Notes: generated from the letters alone by a model not told the origin. A stretch of DNA of 64,000 nucleotides from Eukaryota sp. GEM-RC1 (GCA_040285855.1 JAUFOQ010000010.1:248001-312000), one strand, 5' to 3'; shown: positions 22,500 to 37,076, numbered from the stretch's first letter. Numbers and translations are program-made.

Positions 22500-25312
22500 C
22501 AGTTATGAAACTGGGTCAAATGATCAGCCACTTCTTCATGAATCTTCTTTCAAACCTATCCGTCTCCAACAGTCTTCGTTGATACTTATTCATTCTCATC
22601 ACATCAGCCATCTGTTAAAGTTATCTTTTGAAGAAATTCGCTATGATCGTCGCTTCCGTATTTTCATTCGACAACTTTTTTCCTTCTTCAAAAATGTTGG
22701 CTACGTAAGCCATCATTTCCTGGAGTCATCTTCTTATGCAATTAGAGTGTTTTTGAAACAAACACGTGTCACGTGTTTTCAGAAGATCTTCCCCAACTGT
22801 CTTCCCTCACTTCTTTCTTTGGAAGCAAAGGTTCATTCTCTGTGCTTGACATTGAACAGTCGAACTCTAGTAGAAGACATTCTTGAGTTTACTTCTGCTA
22901 TAACTCATTTACAAGCAATTGCTTGTTCTTTCTTACATCACTTACTTGACCATTCTTCTTCTCTTATTCTTCCACGTCTTCGAGTTCTTGAAGTTACCAG
23001 TAAGCCATCTGGTGATTTTTTTTACTTCCTGTTGTAACTCTTTAATGGTTAATAATACTGTTAAAGAATTAAAGCTTCGAATTAATTCCCTTAGTTTTGA
23101 TGACATTGCCTCGTTGGCAGAGGTGCTTAGTTCAAATTCCACCTTGCAAACAATCTCCTTTAGTTCATTTGTCACTCTTAAGGATGAAGAATCTGTGCTT
23201 TTCTTTACCGCAATTTCAAATAATTTAAAAATTTCTAAAATTGATTTATATGGTATTGATCTTCATAATTCAAATTCAAATACTGTTGTATCTCTTTTAC
23301 AGAGTTCTAGTCTTGAAAGTATTAAGTTTCCTACGAATTATCATCTTGATTCTACTGCAGTTAATAGTCTTAAAAACAATTCTTCTCTTAAAGAAATAAC
23401 AATACCAGGATATGCATTCACTTCTGAAGATCTTGCTGATGTTTTACAATTCAATACGTTTTTAAAAAAACTTGAAATCTCAGGATAATTTAGTTTTTCA
23501 CCAATTTGTAAATCTCTTGAAACAAATAATGCTCTATTGGAACTAAACGTTATGCCACTTCACGGCACATCAATTCTCAAAGATTCAGAAGCCCAGTCCT
23601 TAAGTGAATTGTTACAGAGAAATACCAGTCTAATTGCTTTAAATCTTATTGGTGTATATGTGACTACTTCTCAATTTAAAACAATTTTTAAAGGATTGGA
23701 ACAAAATTCAACATTGAAGATATTCATTTTTCCCATATTGAACTTAAGTTCTTTAATGCTAGTTTTTGAAGCAATATTCAAACAAACACTATATACAAGT
23801 GTTGATATTGCTCATCACTTTATTGATGTTAAAACCGGTGTGTTTAATTTTTCTTCAGAAGTATCCCGTAGAATCACTGCTGAAGAAGTTTGCTCTCTAC
23901 AATCTTTTCTAAATTCTCATAATATTACAGAACTTTTTTTTAAGAGGATTTTATTTTACTCCTGAAGCGTTGACTGTTTTGTGTGTTTCAATCAGGGCCA
24001 ATAATTCATTGACTTTTATTGACTTGAGTTATATTGGTTCTTATAAACCAGACTCAGACACTTCTCAGAACTCAATTTCTGATCACGATTTTTTAAAGTT
24101 GATTGATGCCCTTCAATCCAAGTCTAATATAAAAAATGTCTACCTCAATACTAATCCAATTGAAGATAAACTTGGTTTTGAGTGTCTATTTACTGTGTTT
24201 CAGCTTGTATCTGCAAACAAATTAACTGCAAATATTAAATTTTCTCGTCACTCTTTTGATGTTTCTCGTGGTTATATTTATTATGCGCGCTATCTTGGTA
24301 ACCGGGGTTTAGTTGTTCTTTTGGATGCTCTAAAGTCAAAAGCTCCTATTAAACGTGTTGAATGTTGGAAGTGTGGAGGTTCAGGTTTAGAAGGACTTGT
24401 TACTTTATTTGAAATTCGGTCCATCAACAAATCAGTGTTAGATCCTGGTATTTCTCCTCACGTAATTGACGTTGAAAATGGTGTTTTTCAGTATTTACCA
24501 TCAAACTGCGCCCAAATAAATAACTTCGAAAGAAGTCACTTCTTTACAGTCTTTGTTGAAGCGTTTTAGTATCAAAGAGCTTGTTCTCACAAACTGTAGT
24601 TTTACTGATGACGCGATCACTGTCTTATGTGATTCACTCCAGGGTCAATAATTCCTTGACTTCTGTTGACTTCTGTCGTTTTGATGTTTACAACAAAAGT
24701 TTTACGGCTTTAGCTGATGCATTAGCAGTGAATACTTCAGTTGTTGAGATTAATTTCTGTTATAACACTATCAGTCAACATACTAAAAAAATATATTAAG
24801 CGGAAATTAAAAAAAGAGAGATGTTTATTCGGCACCCAATAAGGTAACCTTTCTACAAACTATGAAATTGTAAAAACAAACAAATAATACTAAGATTAAA
24901 TCCAAACGACTTCATCACCACCCGGTAAAAGATTACGTTTATCTACATGAACCTTCACACCAAACTTGTACAATTTCTCAATTAATCTAGAGAAATAGAA
25001 AGGCATATTCCGATATATGGAAAACACTATACGGTTTTTCCATTCAGCCATTCTAAACTTACGCTTCTTTTCTTTACACAATTCTTCGAAATCCTTGAAA
25101 AATTGATCACCAGCAGGACTAATAGATCCAAAAGAGAAACAGCAAAAGGTTGAAACACAAATTTGGAATATGAGTTTCTATTTAATTCTTCTACTTGAGA
25201 GTCATACTTGGTGTGTTTGAGCTTTTCAGCTGCTGTTAATGGATTAAAAGAAGAATCTAATATCCTACTAACACGGAAATTAAATGGTCGCATCAATTTT
25301 AAATACAAGTAG
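22500..25312 (+). pseudogene. LRR family paralogue A (fragmented; retroelement inserted just before the stop)
   Basis: ORFs 22579, 22919, 23537, 23970 and 24581 align to 48496-49962. The last codons (NGRINFKYK*) resume at ~25283-25312 after the insertion. Confidence 0.85.
24812..25273 (-). mobile_element. 5'-truncated RLE non-LTR retrotransposon (462 bp)
   Basis: NPLTAAEKLKHTKY...FVFQPFAVSL...WKNRIVFSIYR; 11-bp TSD CGGAAATTAAA at 24801-24811 and 25274-25284; empty site in the paralogue at ~48525. Confidence 0.92.
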
Positions 25313-25415
25313 AAATTTAATCTTTAATCTCTTTTTGAGGTTGGCTTTCTGTGTTCAAATAATTAAATAGTTGTCAGTTTTGTTTTTATTGATGTATGTA
25401 ACTAATAATTATTAC

Positions 25416-26386
25416 CATAGTTGCAAAATACACAGACAAAAAAAATAATACAATACAGAATACAAAAAATACAGAATACAAAAATACAATACATATACAG
25501 AATACAAATACAATACAGAATACTGCAATAAGTGTATTTTTTTTTCTTGTAAGTGCAAGTATTAAACTAACTGTATTGAGTCCAACGTCTGCAATCCTGA
25601 TTGATCTTCAGGGTTATCATGGTTCACTTCTTCAGTATACATTCTTAGACTTCTTTACATTTATCAACCCAATGATTCTACAATGCAACGAGGGTTCAAA
25701 AGTTCATTTGGTCCACGGAAAGTACTAACGTGGAGTTATACAGTTGTACAATGTGACTGTGGACACTTTCTGTCTCGTACATTAGTTGTAAGTCGTCTTA
25801 TTAAACCGATTGTTGGTAAAAAGTGTACCCTCCAAATCATAGTCTCCAAAGACTACACGTAGATCTTCAAAACAGGATCAATCTGAGTGTCGTGCAGCTC
25901 GTCTCATCAGGGTTTTGAATCTTCATCACTGACTGACAATAGTGAAACTAGATTGCTCAACTTCACATGGTTTGGTATTTTTCAATTCTTTAGAACATTA
26001 TTAAGCGTTTCTAAATTTTTGTTACTTGGCTTTGATCGGTGTTTCACTTGTTAGTCATCTACTAGTCAGTAGCATACGCCGTTGACGTACTGTACTGGAA
26101 CGTTTAGAAAATGCATCAAACAATTGTACTAGTATTTCTGCAAGTTGTTAAAGTAATACATGTCACAATTGTAGCACACAATAGTACAATTGATCAGCAA
26201 GATCCGCTGTGGAGTGTTTCACTCATTTACTTCAGTCATTTTCATCAACTAAAAGGCAATTTAGGGCTGATAAAAAAATACAAAAAATACAAATACAAAT
26301 ACACTTTTCCAGAAAATAATACAATACATAATACAGAAAAAATACAGAATACAAAAAAGTACTGTATTTTGTATTTTGCAACTATG
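25416..26386. mobile_element. hAT-type non-autonomous element (971 bp)
   Basis: 17-bp TIR CATAGTTGCAAAATACA; 8-bp TSD ATTATTAC at 25408-25415 and 26387-26394; AATACA subterminal repeats; empty site in the inverted copy at ~48400. Confidence 0.93.
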
Positions 26387-26716
26387 ATTATTACAGTTCT
26401 GACGCTTTATTATCACTTTCATGACATGACCATTATAGTATTTTATGACCATTTGACTATAAAAATATGGATAAATGTCAAATTTACTCATTTCCCAAAT
26501 CAATAATTCACACATACTCAAAATGAAATCAAAAATTCATGACAGGTTTTATACTATACTCATACAAGGAGCTACCTTTTCATCCAAAGCTCTCTTAAAA
26601 GAAGCTATACAGGAAGAATACTTAATACTTAATACATAACATTCATGAAGACATAACATGGTTTCATGATCAAGATAGTTTTGTGTTTGGGATATTGATT
26701 CTGACTAAATATGAAT

Positions 26717-26970
26717 ATTCATAATTACTCTGATTCAGACTAATTTTCCCAGTAATTAATTAGGCTGAATCACTAATTACTCTGAATCAGAATAATAATT
26801 GTTTGGTACTGTTTCGATGGACATTCATAATTACTCTGATTCAGACTAATTTTCCCAGTCATTAATTAGTCTGAATCACTAATTACTCTGAATCAGAATA
26901 ATAATTGTTTGGTACTGTTTCGATGGACATTCATAATTAGTCTGATTCAGACTAATTGTTGTGAAGAGTG
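26717..26970. repeat. 106-bp tandem repeat (~2.3 copies) with internal inverted motifs, probably a Tc1-like transposon end
   Basis: Units start ATTCATAATTA at 26717, 26823 and 26929; TGATTCAGACTAATT / AATTAGTCTGAATCA inverted pairs; ends GAAGAGTG|TA. Confidence 0.7.
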
Positions 26971-27460
26971 TAGTACTTAAAAGATATTAAATGATCCACA
27001 TCTACTCTTGAACTAACACGATACAATTTGTACAGAATACGATTCAAATACTTTGGGAAACTTCTATATAAGGAAAAAACAATGCGATTGCGTTAAAGAG
27101 ACTGATTAATATTTTTCCTATGATCACGGCACAACTTTGAAAAGGCACCAAAGAAATTTTCAGCAGCAAATCCAATATTACCAAGAATTGAAATTGAAAA
27201 AGGAATGAACTTAAAAGAAGAATACATATTGGAATTCAGTTTGATCATTGTGTCAGAATAGGTACTGATCTTTCTTTTTCACGCTTTGGATAAATGATTT
27301 TCAGTGTCACTCGAAACTGAATTCAAATATACTTTAGCACATGGATCAACAGTAGTAAAATCTATCACAGCTTGACAAGAATCAAGATATGGAACAATGA
27401 GATCACCTCGTCGAGAATTGGTAATATTATCATCACTACAATGCTTAATAATATTATTAT
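26971..27460 (-). mobile_element. RLE non-LTR 3' fragment
   Basis: RRGDLIVPYLD...DFTTVDPC...NHLSKA; inverted copy at 46560-47057. Confidence 0.85.
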
Positions 27461-27881
27461 TTATAAATGTTCTCAAGGAATGTCTGGAACACTGTCATTG
27501 ACAATATCACGTGTTTGACAATGCGATAGAAAGATGGACATTTTACACGTAGCAGACAAAGAACCGTGGACAGATAGTCTTTTGACTGTGGTTTGTTTTG
27601 AATAGAAGTTATGTGACTTAACTCAAAGTCATTCGAACAGAAAAACAAAATATGGTTAAAAGATTTCAACCACCTAGAAACAGAAGAAAGACGTAAAATT
27701 GATTTGTGTTCCGAAGGTGTTGCTAAACTCAATAGCAATACGACATCGAACTGTGTATTTATTCCATTTGCTATTTCTATTGTCGGTAGCATTGGTGAAA
27801 TACCAAAATTGGTTATCCTTCTTCTTCAGTTGATCTCGTGTCAGATAACTCCACTCTTCACTTTTAAAAAAAAGGCTCTGA

Positions 27882-30800
27882 ATGCATAATAGCATCTATT
27901 CCAGTTTCGGAGATACGTCCTCCAACCCCCAACCATTCTCATCTTTGACACATTCACTTCCACTCCTTCGTGAATCTTCTTTCAAACATGTCCATTTCCA
28001 ACAGTCCTTGTTGATACTAATACAGTTTCATTATCTCAACCGTCTCATAAAGCTTCCCCTTCCTTTGAAGATATATCATAAACCCCTCTTAGATGTGATC
28101 AACGGACTCATTTCCTTCTTTGAGAAAGTTGGCTTCGTTAGTCAACATTTCTTCGATTCTGCTTTCTCTGCAGTGAAATTGTTTTTGAAACCAACACATT
28201 TGAGGTTGAATCTAATGATCTTGTTCTACTCTATTCAATTTCCTCTTTCTTCAAAGCAGATATACACTCTGTGGCCTTGGCCGTATTCCCATCGCTAGAA
28301 CTTGCAGACATCCATCAGTTCACTGATAGTATTTCCCAGGTGTTACTCTTATCTGGGTTTCGTCCTTATGATGCAGAATTCGATGGCTCTGAATATGGGT
28401 CAGACTCTGAATTGGATTATACTGGTGACACCAATATACTCGAATTATTTGATAAGTCGTCGAGTTTTTTTCTGCCACGTGTTACACGTCTTAATATCGA
28501 AATTTATGCTACTTCACAGCCCAAATCTACCTTTTCTGCGTTTTGTAAAGTTCTCCTAGCTAATACTACTGTTGTGCATCTAAGTGTTAAAATTTTTATT
28601 ATTGCGACACCTCAAATTCAATGTCTTTCCGAAGTGTTTTCTTCAAATAACACCTTGAGAACAGTTACATTGTCTTTTGACGGAGATCGACTTAAAGATG
28701 CAAAAGCTCTGCTACTGATATCAGCTTTGTCAAATAGTTCAAGTATTGAAAAAATTGATTTATCTAATTTTCCAGTTCGAAATTCCAGTGTTCTTTTACC
28801 ATTGTTGAAGAATTCTAGACTTAGAAGTATAGTCTTTTGCAAAGGTGGATGTATTACAATACTGAATGATCTTCAATACAATTGTTCTCTTAGGGAAGTG
28901 ACTTATCACAATAATAGTTTGGTTTCTGAAATCTCTGAAATTTTCAAATTCAACACATGTTTGAAAAAACTTGAAGTAAGAAAGTGTAGTGTTGAATTAT
29001 CAACTCTTTTCAAACTCTTCAAAGTTGTTCTTCCTTACTGGAATTAGACTTGGCAGAACAAAGTGGCACTGGTTTTAATGGTCAAAATGTCTTCTTTTTA
29101 ATTGGGATGATACTTAACAACCGTAGTCTGCTGGTTTTGAGACTTAATGTTTCAAAACATACTGTATTTGAATTTGAAAACATTCTAATATCTTTAAAGC
29201 GCAATTCTACACTTAAGACGGTTAGTTTTCATTCGTTGAATTTAAGTCATTTGACAGCGTTATTTAAATATCTCTCTGTGAATACTATTCGTTTGTCTTT
29301 TGATATTGCTCCTAATTTTATTGACGTTAAAAATGGTGTATTTTGTTATTCATCCTATACGTCTACTCAATTAAATGCTGAAGAAGTTTCATCTTTACAA
29401 GTTCTTTTGACGAGTTTTAATCTCAAACAGCTTATTCTTAGGAAATGTCGGTTCTATGAAGAATCAATCACTATATTGTGTAATTCAATAAGTTCAAATA
29501 ATACCTTGACTTCATCTTCATTTGAAATATCAGTGAATTCCGTCAATCTGTATTCAAGCCCCTTTTCAAGATCATTTAGGACCGAAACTGAAGATTTCTC
29601 TCAATTAATTAATGCACTTGAGCTTAACGCCAATTTAAAACAAATCAGTCTCTTTAATGATAACATGTGTTTTAAGAATCTTTTGTATATATTTGAACTG
29701 GTTTCAAGCGGTAGATTAACAGCAAATATCCAAGTTTCTCCTCATGTTATTGATGTTTCTCTTGGTTTGATTCATTACCACAATTTTTTTTTGAAAACGG
29801 TGACTTAATTTTACTTCTAAATGCTTTACAGTTAAACCTTCCTATTAAACGTGTGTGTAGTCGTGGATTGAAAAGTCCAAGTCTTGAAGGTCACTTGTAT
29901 CGACTTGAAATTCTTTCAATTAACAAATCAGCGATTGATCTCATTGTTGATCCTTTTTTTTGTTGATTTTGAAGAGCACGTGTTTGTATTTTCCCCAAAA
30001 ATGACTACCCAAATCACTACCGAAGAAGTCTCTTCTTTAATACCGTTTTTACAGTATTGTGGTATTAAAGAGTTAACTATTAATAATTGTCGTTTTTCCA
30101 TTGAAACATTCACTATTTTGTGTGATTTAATCAGGGTCAACAACCACTTGACTTCTATTGACCTCAGTGATTGTCATCTAGATGATGACATGATATTGAC
30201 TTTTACCAGTGCTCTTCAATCCAATTGTTCTTTAAGAGTGGTTAATCTGAGTAAGAACCACTTTGGACTAAAAAGTCTTTTAATTATCTTTCATTTCCTC
30301 CTCTCAGTTAATAAGTTAACACGTGATATTCAAGTGTCCCCTCACTCCATTGATTTTTCTCGTGGTCTTATTCGATTTGAGAGCCAAATTGAAAACTGTG
30401 ATTTACATGTTCTATTGGATGCTTTAAAGTCAAGTGTTCCTATTAAATGTGTTGAATGTCGTGGATTGAGAAGTCCACGTCTAGAAGGACTTGTTGCTTT
30501 ATTTGAAAAATTTTTCATTAACAGGTCAGTGATAGACCTGAATGTTTCTCCTTTCTTTATTGATTTTGAAAAGAACTTGTTTGGATTTTCACCCAGAAAA
30601 CACGACTAATATTCCGACTGAAGAAGTCACTTCTCTACAACAGTTTCTACAGTATTGTGGTATTAAAGGGCTGACTCTTAATAATTGTCGTTTTTCAATT
30701 CAAGCATTCACTATTTTGTGTGATTTAATAAGGGTCAATAATCACTTGACTTCTATTGACCTCAGTGACTGTAATCTAGATGATGAATATTTATCCATAT

Positions 30801-31007
30801 TTGTCAATTTGCTTCAATTGAATTCTTTTTAAATCTTAAAATACTTAAGATTCGGAATAATTTTTTAGTAATAACGGGGTAATTACTTTGGCTGAAGCAC
30901 TAAAACTAGATTCCATTGTTACTGAGATTAATTTAGGCGGTAACTCAATTGATTCAGATACTATAGAACTTGTCAAAAGAATCTCAAATAATCGTATTAA
31001 GTTTTGA
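27882..31007 (+). pseudogene. LRR family paralogue B (frameshifted)
   Basis: ORFs 27882, 28271, 29050, 29884 and 30542 are collinear with 46146-43020. N-terminal HFQQSLLILIQ...FFEKVGFVSQHFF; RVNNHLTSIDLSDC repeats. Confidence 0.9.
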
Positions 31008-31996
31008 TGACGTGATGACTCTGAGTTTCTGTTATGTATTCTTTTGCTGTCCTTGTTTGTAGATATGCTTTGCTAATAAATGTATAATACAGGGGTTGAA
31101 CAAAAACAAATACAAACAAAAACGATTACAGATCAAAGTACAAAGATAATTATATTGTGTCCTATTACATATGTGTCTGTAAAATCAATGTTCAATGATT
31201 GACTATTTTGATTCATTTTTTATTAATACTCAATTTAAACAATGATATATATTTTTCGTCTGATGGTTTCAATCCTGTCCAAACCGCCAAGCCCCCTCCT
31301 AAAAAGGCAGATACTCTTCGTCTGTTACCTAAGATGTACAGTGTTTTCTCTTCAATTCATCCTGTCAAACGTAACTGTCCTGTTCGGAAGAACGCACACG
31401 ATAGAGATTTTTCTTTGTCTTTGTTCCATGAGCATCTGTCTTTATAAACGACATCTGTTGACGTGTTTGCTCTTACAAAGACAGTGTGATTGATAAAGCA
31501 TGTGAGAAAAGTCCACGTACTAAGCCAATGTTTTTTAAGCTTAACGTTACGTTATACAATGAGAGTGAAGATTCTCATTGTGGTTTTTTCATGCATATAA
31601 TAACAACAGAATACCTCTGATGGGAGATTGGTTGCGATTAGACTGAATTTAAAGTGCACGACATTTAAAGAACTTTAGTACCATTCTGTTGCGAATGTGA
31701 ATCGTCTATATGCTTCAATCAGACATACTGTCAGAAAAAACTCAATTCCAGATGTGAATTGAATTTAAGTGCATTATTAAAAGAACAGTTCTAGAATTTG
31801 TCGAGTTAATGTTCCACTTAAAGAGAGACTAAAGTTGAATTGCTTACGTTCTAGTAATGTACTAAATTAACATTGTACATGTAATTGCGAACAAATCACC
31901 CTATTCTTCACTAAAATCCACCGGATAGCGATTAAGTTGTTTGCATTTGGTCTTAGTGTTGTTTATGTGTTGTACAAGTTCAAATTTTTGTAAAAG

Positions 31997-33047
31997 ATTC
32001 CCTTTTTGATCAAATTATTTATAGAACAAAAACACTTAAATAAACACAAATGCTAGAACTCAATATCATTAAGGCAACAATCATCGCCATTCAAACTCAC
32101 ATCAGCTGTTTCTTCATAAAAACACTGAGAGCTAATAGAGCTTTTGAAATCATGATAGGAATTGTTTTAAATATTGTAAAAACAATACGATTCAACCAAA
32201 ATTTGAAATCAAATCTCTTATTCTCTCTTTTTTGACTACTTTCTCAAAATCAGAGAGAAAACAAAGAGCATCTCTACCAAGTCGACCATAAATTGAAATT
32301 GCAAAAGGACATTATTTGTAATTAACGTGTCTAATATGTTTGAGAGCAGTCAGTGGTTCATCATATTTGTTTCTCTTGTATTGTTCTGAAGAAATCAGTG
32401 GAGAAACTTCATTTTTAGCATCCCTGAAAGCACTTTTTTTGCAAACATCCACAGTAATCACATCAACAACGGTTAGTTCATCGTTGACTGATGGAACTAT
32501 GACATCAGCTCTTCTTTTACCAAAAGTCTTATCAGAATCACTATTTTTTGAATTATTGATTTCCAGTGACCTCAACAGTGGCTCAACGAAAGATTCGATT
32601 TTGTAGGACTTACACCTGGCATGAATTTGATCTCTAACAGCATCATGAATACAAGTTCTATAAGTAATGAAACGACTACAACTCAAAAGGTGAGAAAAAG
32701 TAACTAATTTACCACATTTGCATTGAAGATCATTGGGTAAATTAGAGGGCCACAAGAAACATCGAAGTCTGAATGTTGTAGTCCATTGATGATCATTCAA
32801 CAACAAACCATAAATCTGAGGAATTTGGTTAATCAAAGCAACTGAAGAACTGTCCTTCAAATCAATTAAAAAATTTGCGAAAGCTGGATTTTTTTCTTTG
32901 GCCGACCAAGTCGAATTTTAAAATCCATACCTTCGAAATGTTTTAAAAGGTGTTTTTGGAGTTTCTTCAGTGCAAATTTTAACGAGGTGACACATCGTTC
33001 TGGTATTTCACAAATATCTACTGGAAAACAAGTTTGCCAGAGGTCAG
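31997..33047 (-). mobile_element. 5'-truncated CRE-like RLE non-LTR element inserted in the left duplication arm
   Basis: FRLRCFLWP...CKCG...HLLSC...HDAVRD...RRADVIV...VDVITVD...KRNKY. Absent from the inverted partner at ~41970. Confidence 0.88.
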
Positions 33048-33446
33048 ATACCTTTTGGGTACCGATTACAGCTTTTAGCATAGTAAACAAAACGAAAAAA
33101 AAGTTAATGGTGAAGTAGAAACTAAAGTGAAACCTGTGAAAAACTTTCCATGTTTGTATCAATTAATAAATGATTATTGATGACGGCGAGGTCTATATCT
33201 TTTTACTGTATTACTGTCTTAAAGTATTTGTAGTTTCAAATAAATGTGTCATGTATTTACAACCTATCATAAAACATAACTCTTCCTCTATAGAGACAGT
33301 CAATCACCGACAATCACAGACAGTCAATCACATTTCTTGAAGAGAACGTGAGCGTAATCATTATAAGTACATAATTTCAGATCTAAATACGTACAATACA
33401 ACTTGATATAATTTATCGATAAACAGACCAAGAATTTCATGAATTT

Positions 33447-34340
33447 TCAAATTTTCAGTTGATCCATACCTGTGAGTTCAACAGTAACATTAACTGTCAA
33501 CGCCTCTGCCAAAGCTTTAGTTCCTTCATCTCCAATAGCGTTATAACTCAGATTAATACTGGTAACTGTATTATTAACTTTCAACGCCTCTGCCAAAGCT
33601 ATAATACCTTCATCTCCAATAGCGTTATAACTCAGATTAATACTGGTAACTGTATTATTAACTTTCAACGCCTCGGCCAATGCTATGGTACCTTCATCTC
33701 CAATTGCATTGTTCTTTAGATAAACAGTTGTAACTGTAACATTGACTTTCAACAATTCAATTAGAGGTAAAGAAATAGACTGATCAACACACACATGAAG
33801 TTCTTTGAGACGTGGAAAGTAAAACAAAGATTTGTTGAGAAATGCCAAGTCAATATGGCTCCGCAGAGTTAACTCCAATATTGAAATTATGTTAGAATAT
33901 TTCAAAAGTTCTTCAACATTGAGAGTCCCAAGTACGTGTAAGAAAACATTTTGTACCTCTGTTTCCAAAGAAAGAAGCCATTGAACATAATTGAAACAGA
34001 TCATAGGGAACAAGATGGAACGTGTTTGTTTGGCAAAACACCTTGGTTGCTAGAAGAGCAGATTCAAAGAAATGATGGCTTACATAGCCAACTTTCTTAA
34101 AGAATGTAGGCAACGATTTCTTCAAACTAAGAAACGCACGACGAGGATGATGACGTTTCCATTGCAAAGAAGACTTGGAAACGTCACGCAAAAGGTGAAG
34201 ATGTATCAAAGTGAGAAGAGATTGTTGAAGATGCAAGTGCATGAAAGAGAACGAAGAGGAAGAAGGGGGATGATGTATAAGAGTTAGGATTCAGAGAGAA
34301 GATGCTAGAAGAGCAAGTAACATCAGCATTAAGATCTTTG
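33447..34340 (-). CDS. Short LRR family protein (one frameshift near 33970)
   Basis: HLQQSLLTLIH...FFKKVGYVSHHFFES N-terminus, then three near-identical 28-aa (84-bp) RNI-like repeats IGDEGTIALAEALKVNNTVTSINLSYNA. Confidence 0.85.
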
Positions 34341-35031
34341 TGGAGTGCTCAATGGTGGCATGCTTCTTCTTTGTTTCTTTTAAGTATAACAGTACACTCA
34401 GGTAAGCGATCTCTTTCTTGTTCAACTTGTTCTTTCTTCATTGGTAGTGGCTATTATGACTGAACTTTTTAATCTCAAACATATCATCTACCTCTGTCTT
34501 CGTTCTTAACACATGGGTCCGTGATTCTCTGAATTTATCGTAGTTCTAGCTGTTGATTGAGCAGTCAACAGCTAGAATGACATCATCAAGTTTCTTACAT
34601 TGAGGTGAACCCAGTTTACCCATTTTCGTCAAAGATTGTCTCCAATTTTATCGTTCTAGTTTATATGGAATGAAACGTTTGTTTTGTTGGAGATTTTAGT
34701 TGGTGCTAGTGGTGAAAGCAAATTTCACCACTAAGAGTTGGGGTTATGGTTATCCTCGTAATTGGGGGGGGGGTTTCGGTACATAACATTATAACAACAG
34801 ATGTACTAGTAGAAAAACACAAGATTCCAAAGAGTTTGACTAGAATCTTGACAAAAATGACTAGAATCTTGACAGAACTGACTTGACTCTTGACAAGTTG
34901 TTTGTGATCCATTTTAGTGATACATTGTATCATCATTTCTTCGTCACGTGATTCTTCATTGTCTCCCTCTTTATGTTCCTGACCTGGGAGCTTCTGCTTT
35001 CGTTATGACATATATTTTAGTAGTTCAAATT

Positions 35032-35780
35032 CTACATTCTACAGCTCACTATTGCTTTAGTGTCCACAATCACAATCTTTTTCGATTTCTTACATCTTTG
35101 ACAATGACTTCTGCTATCATGTCCTTCCTGGCGACACACTCTACATTTCCTTGCGGTTTTCTTCTTTTGAGTTCTCATCACTCTACCATTCTCCTCGTCA
35201 ACTTTTATACCTTCGTATGGATGGGCAGATCTTGCTAAACCCACATTGGCAGCCTCTTCTAACCGTACCTTGTCTGCTGCTGACTCAGTAGACCGCCATT
35301 GATTGAACAGTTCTTCAACAGGATTAGAAATTTGACCTGATTGTTCTTCCTCTTCTAACCACCACTGTCGATGAAACATGACTCAGTAAAGTCTTTCTGT
35401 TGTTTTAATGCTGTGAATACATGGAATTCCAGTTATTCTCTCAGTTCTACCTGAACGTACTGAATCTACATGATTCGTTTGGCAAAAAGCAATAATTTGT
35501 AAAACCTTCAACAAAGCAAAAGATGACACGTGTCGAATTACGTTCACAAATAAAGGGGTGTTGATCAGTTCTCGGTCGACTCTCTGCTTATCAACATCAA
35601 TTTTTCTTCTTAAGTTAATTTCTTGATGCTCCATAGTAGTCATTACATTCTCCATAGCACTCTCCAAGTCTCTTTTGTACATTCGATCTCCGGATTTTTA
35701 GTGCATTGTGGGCGGACTCGATTTGATTGTTTGTGTAAGTTTTAAAGTGAGTGAATTGATCAATATTGTAATATCAGAAA
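35032..35780 (-). mobile_element. Mutator/MULE transposase C-terminal remnant
   Basis: HFKTYTNNQIESAHNALK (~35697-35752); LFVNVIRHVSSFAL; TGIPCIH (SWIM-like); HRQWWL; knuckle CRVCRQEGHDSRSHC. Confidence 0.85.
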
Positions 35781-36445
35781 CTTTTGATTTATAATTCTTA
35801 GTTGAGGAACGGAAACCGTTTTTTGACAAGTTGGACAGCTTTCAACATGATCCGTCATGTTTTGGTACATTTCTGGTCGCCAGAAGTCATTGTCTCTTAG
35901 TGGTTTGAGGCTCTCTTCCTTGGGAGGGTGTCCAGCGCTTAATAAACCATGTACGTGGTTTAAATTTCTTGTCTGAAACTTTTTGGGGTGATTATGTATT
36001 CATCAGCGTTTAGCCACAAGTTCAAATCGTCTCTGTATTTTTGCTCATTTTTTCTTGGAGGTTTTTGGTGATTTTGGCGAGATCATTGCCTTGTTCAATA
36101 TTTCTGAGCTTTGATCAATCTTTGTAAGTGACAAATTGTAACCAATTTTCATCATATTTGGCGAAGCTTCCTGTTTTTAGTGTTTTGACTTCTTGGAAGT
36201 AATTTTTTTTGGATATGTCTGCTGTCGACTGGTAGTTGTTCTCCCTCGGTGGGCGGTGTTGTATCAATTACATTTTTGTTGTGAGAGATTGGTCTTCTTC
36301 AGCGTCGAAGTCAGTTGGTCTTATCGGAGATGTGGGAGAGTAGCTGAGTACTTCGAGTGGGAAATCTCTCTCCGAACTCAGAAGCATTGTGTAGCCGAAT
36401 TCCATGTCTAATACACGAAAACTGAAAAGAGAGACGCTGAAACTA

Positions 36446-37076
36446 CACCGCTGACCTTAATTAATGTCACTTCGCAATTAATGTCAATGACATTAATTTA
36501 GGTTTGAGCAATTCTGGAAAATAAGTGACATCAATTTGGAACAATCTTCGATATATGATTTCTTCAACTCTAAGTCTCCATTTTTCTTAATACTAAAGCC
36601 AGAATGCAGTACAACTACAAGTAACAATTGTTCGGAATGAGAGAGACATACACTGTAGACTGTAGAAGTTTAGCTATGAGTAATAATATAATTGTTGGGA
36701 GGAGACTGGTGGTCAAGATTCCTGTCAGCTGATGCTGCTAGGCACTGAAAGTCAAAAAGAGAAGATTTATAACAACGATAATTCTACTAATACATCAGTA
36801 ACACGATTTTTGTAATTGAACTACAGTGAACAGGAAGAACATTCAGTTGTGCCATGAGATTGGAAAATCTTGAAAAGAGTACTTGGATGACTGATGTATT
36901 CTTTATCAGTTGCTCGTCGAAAACAAATTTGATTCAACAAAATCTAGTGACATTATTTTGGACACACCATAATTAATGTCACTTCCTAACTAATGTCAGT
37001 GACATTAATTTGGGTTTGGTCTTCCAAAAAGTTCGTTCGGAATTAATGTCGGTGACATTAATTAAGGTCAGCGGTG
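36446..37076. mobile_element. Tc1/mariner-type MITE (631 bp)
   Basis: Perfect 25-bp TIR CACCGCTGACCTTAATTAATGTCAC flanked by TA at both ends; internal AATGTCA/TGACATT repeats. Confidence 0.9.

Larger units (their letters stand above)
26971..31996 (+). repeat. Left arm of an inverted segmental duplication (partner 41974-47056)
   Basis: Reverse-complement identity covers the RLE fragments, LRR-B and the 3' flank. Homology continues at 33050-33152 versus 41866-41970. Confidence 0.95.

Noticed and set aside
26717..26955. CRISPR-like repeat array
   Set aside because: The units repeat whole with no unique spacers, the context is eukaryotic, and there are no cas genes.
31199..31493. 82/83-aa ORFs conserved at 42519-42813
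   Set aside because: The conservation is explained by the recent inverted duplication, and there are no recognisable motifs.
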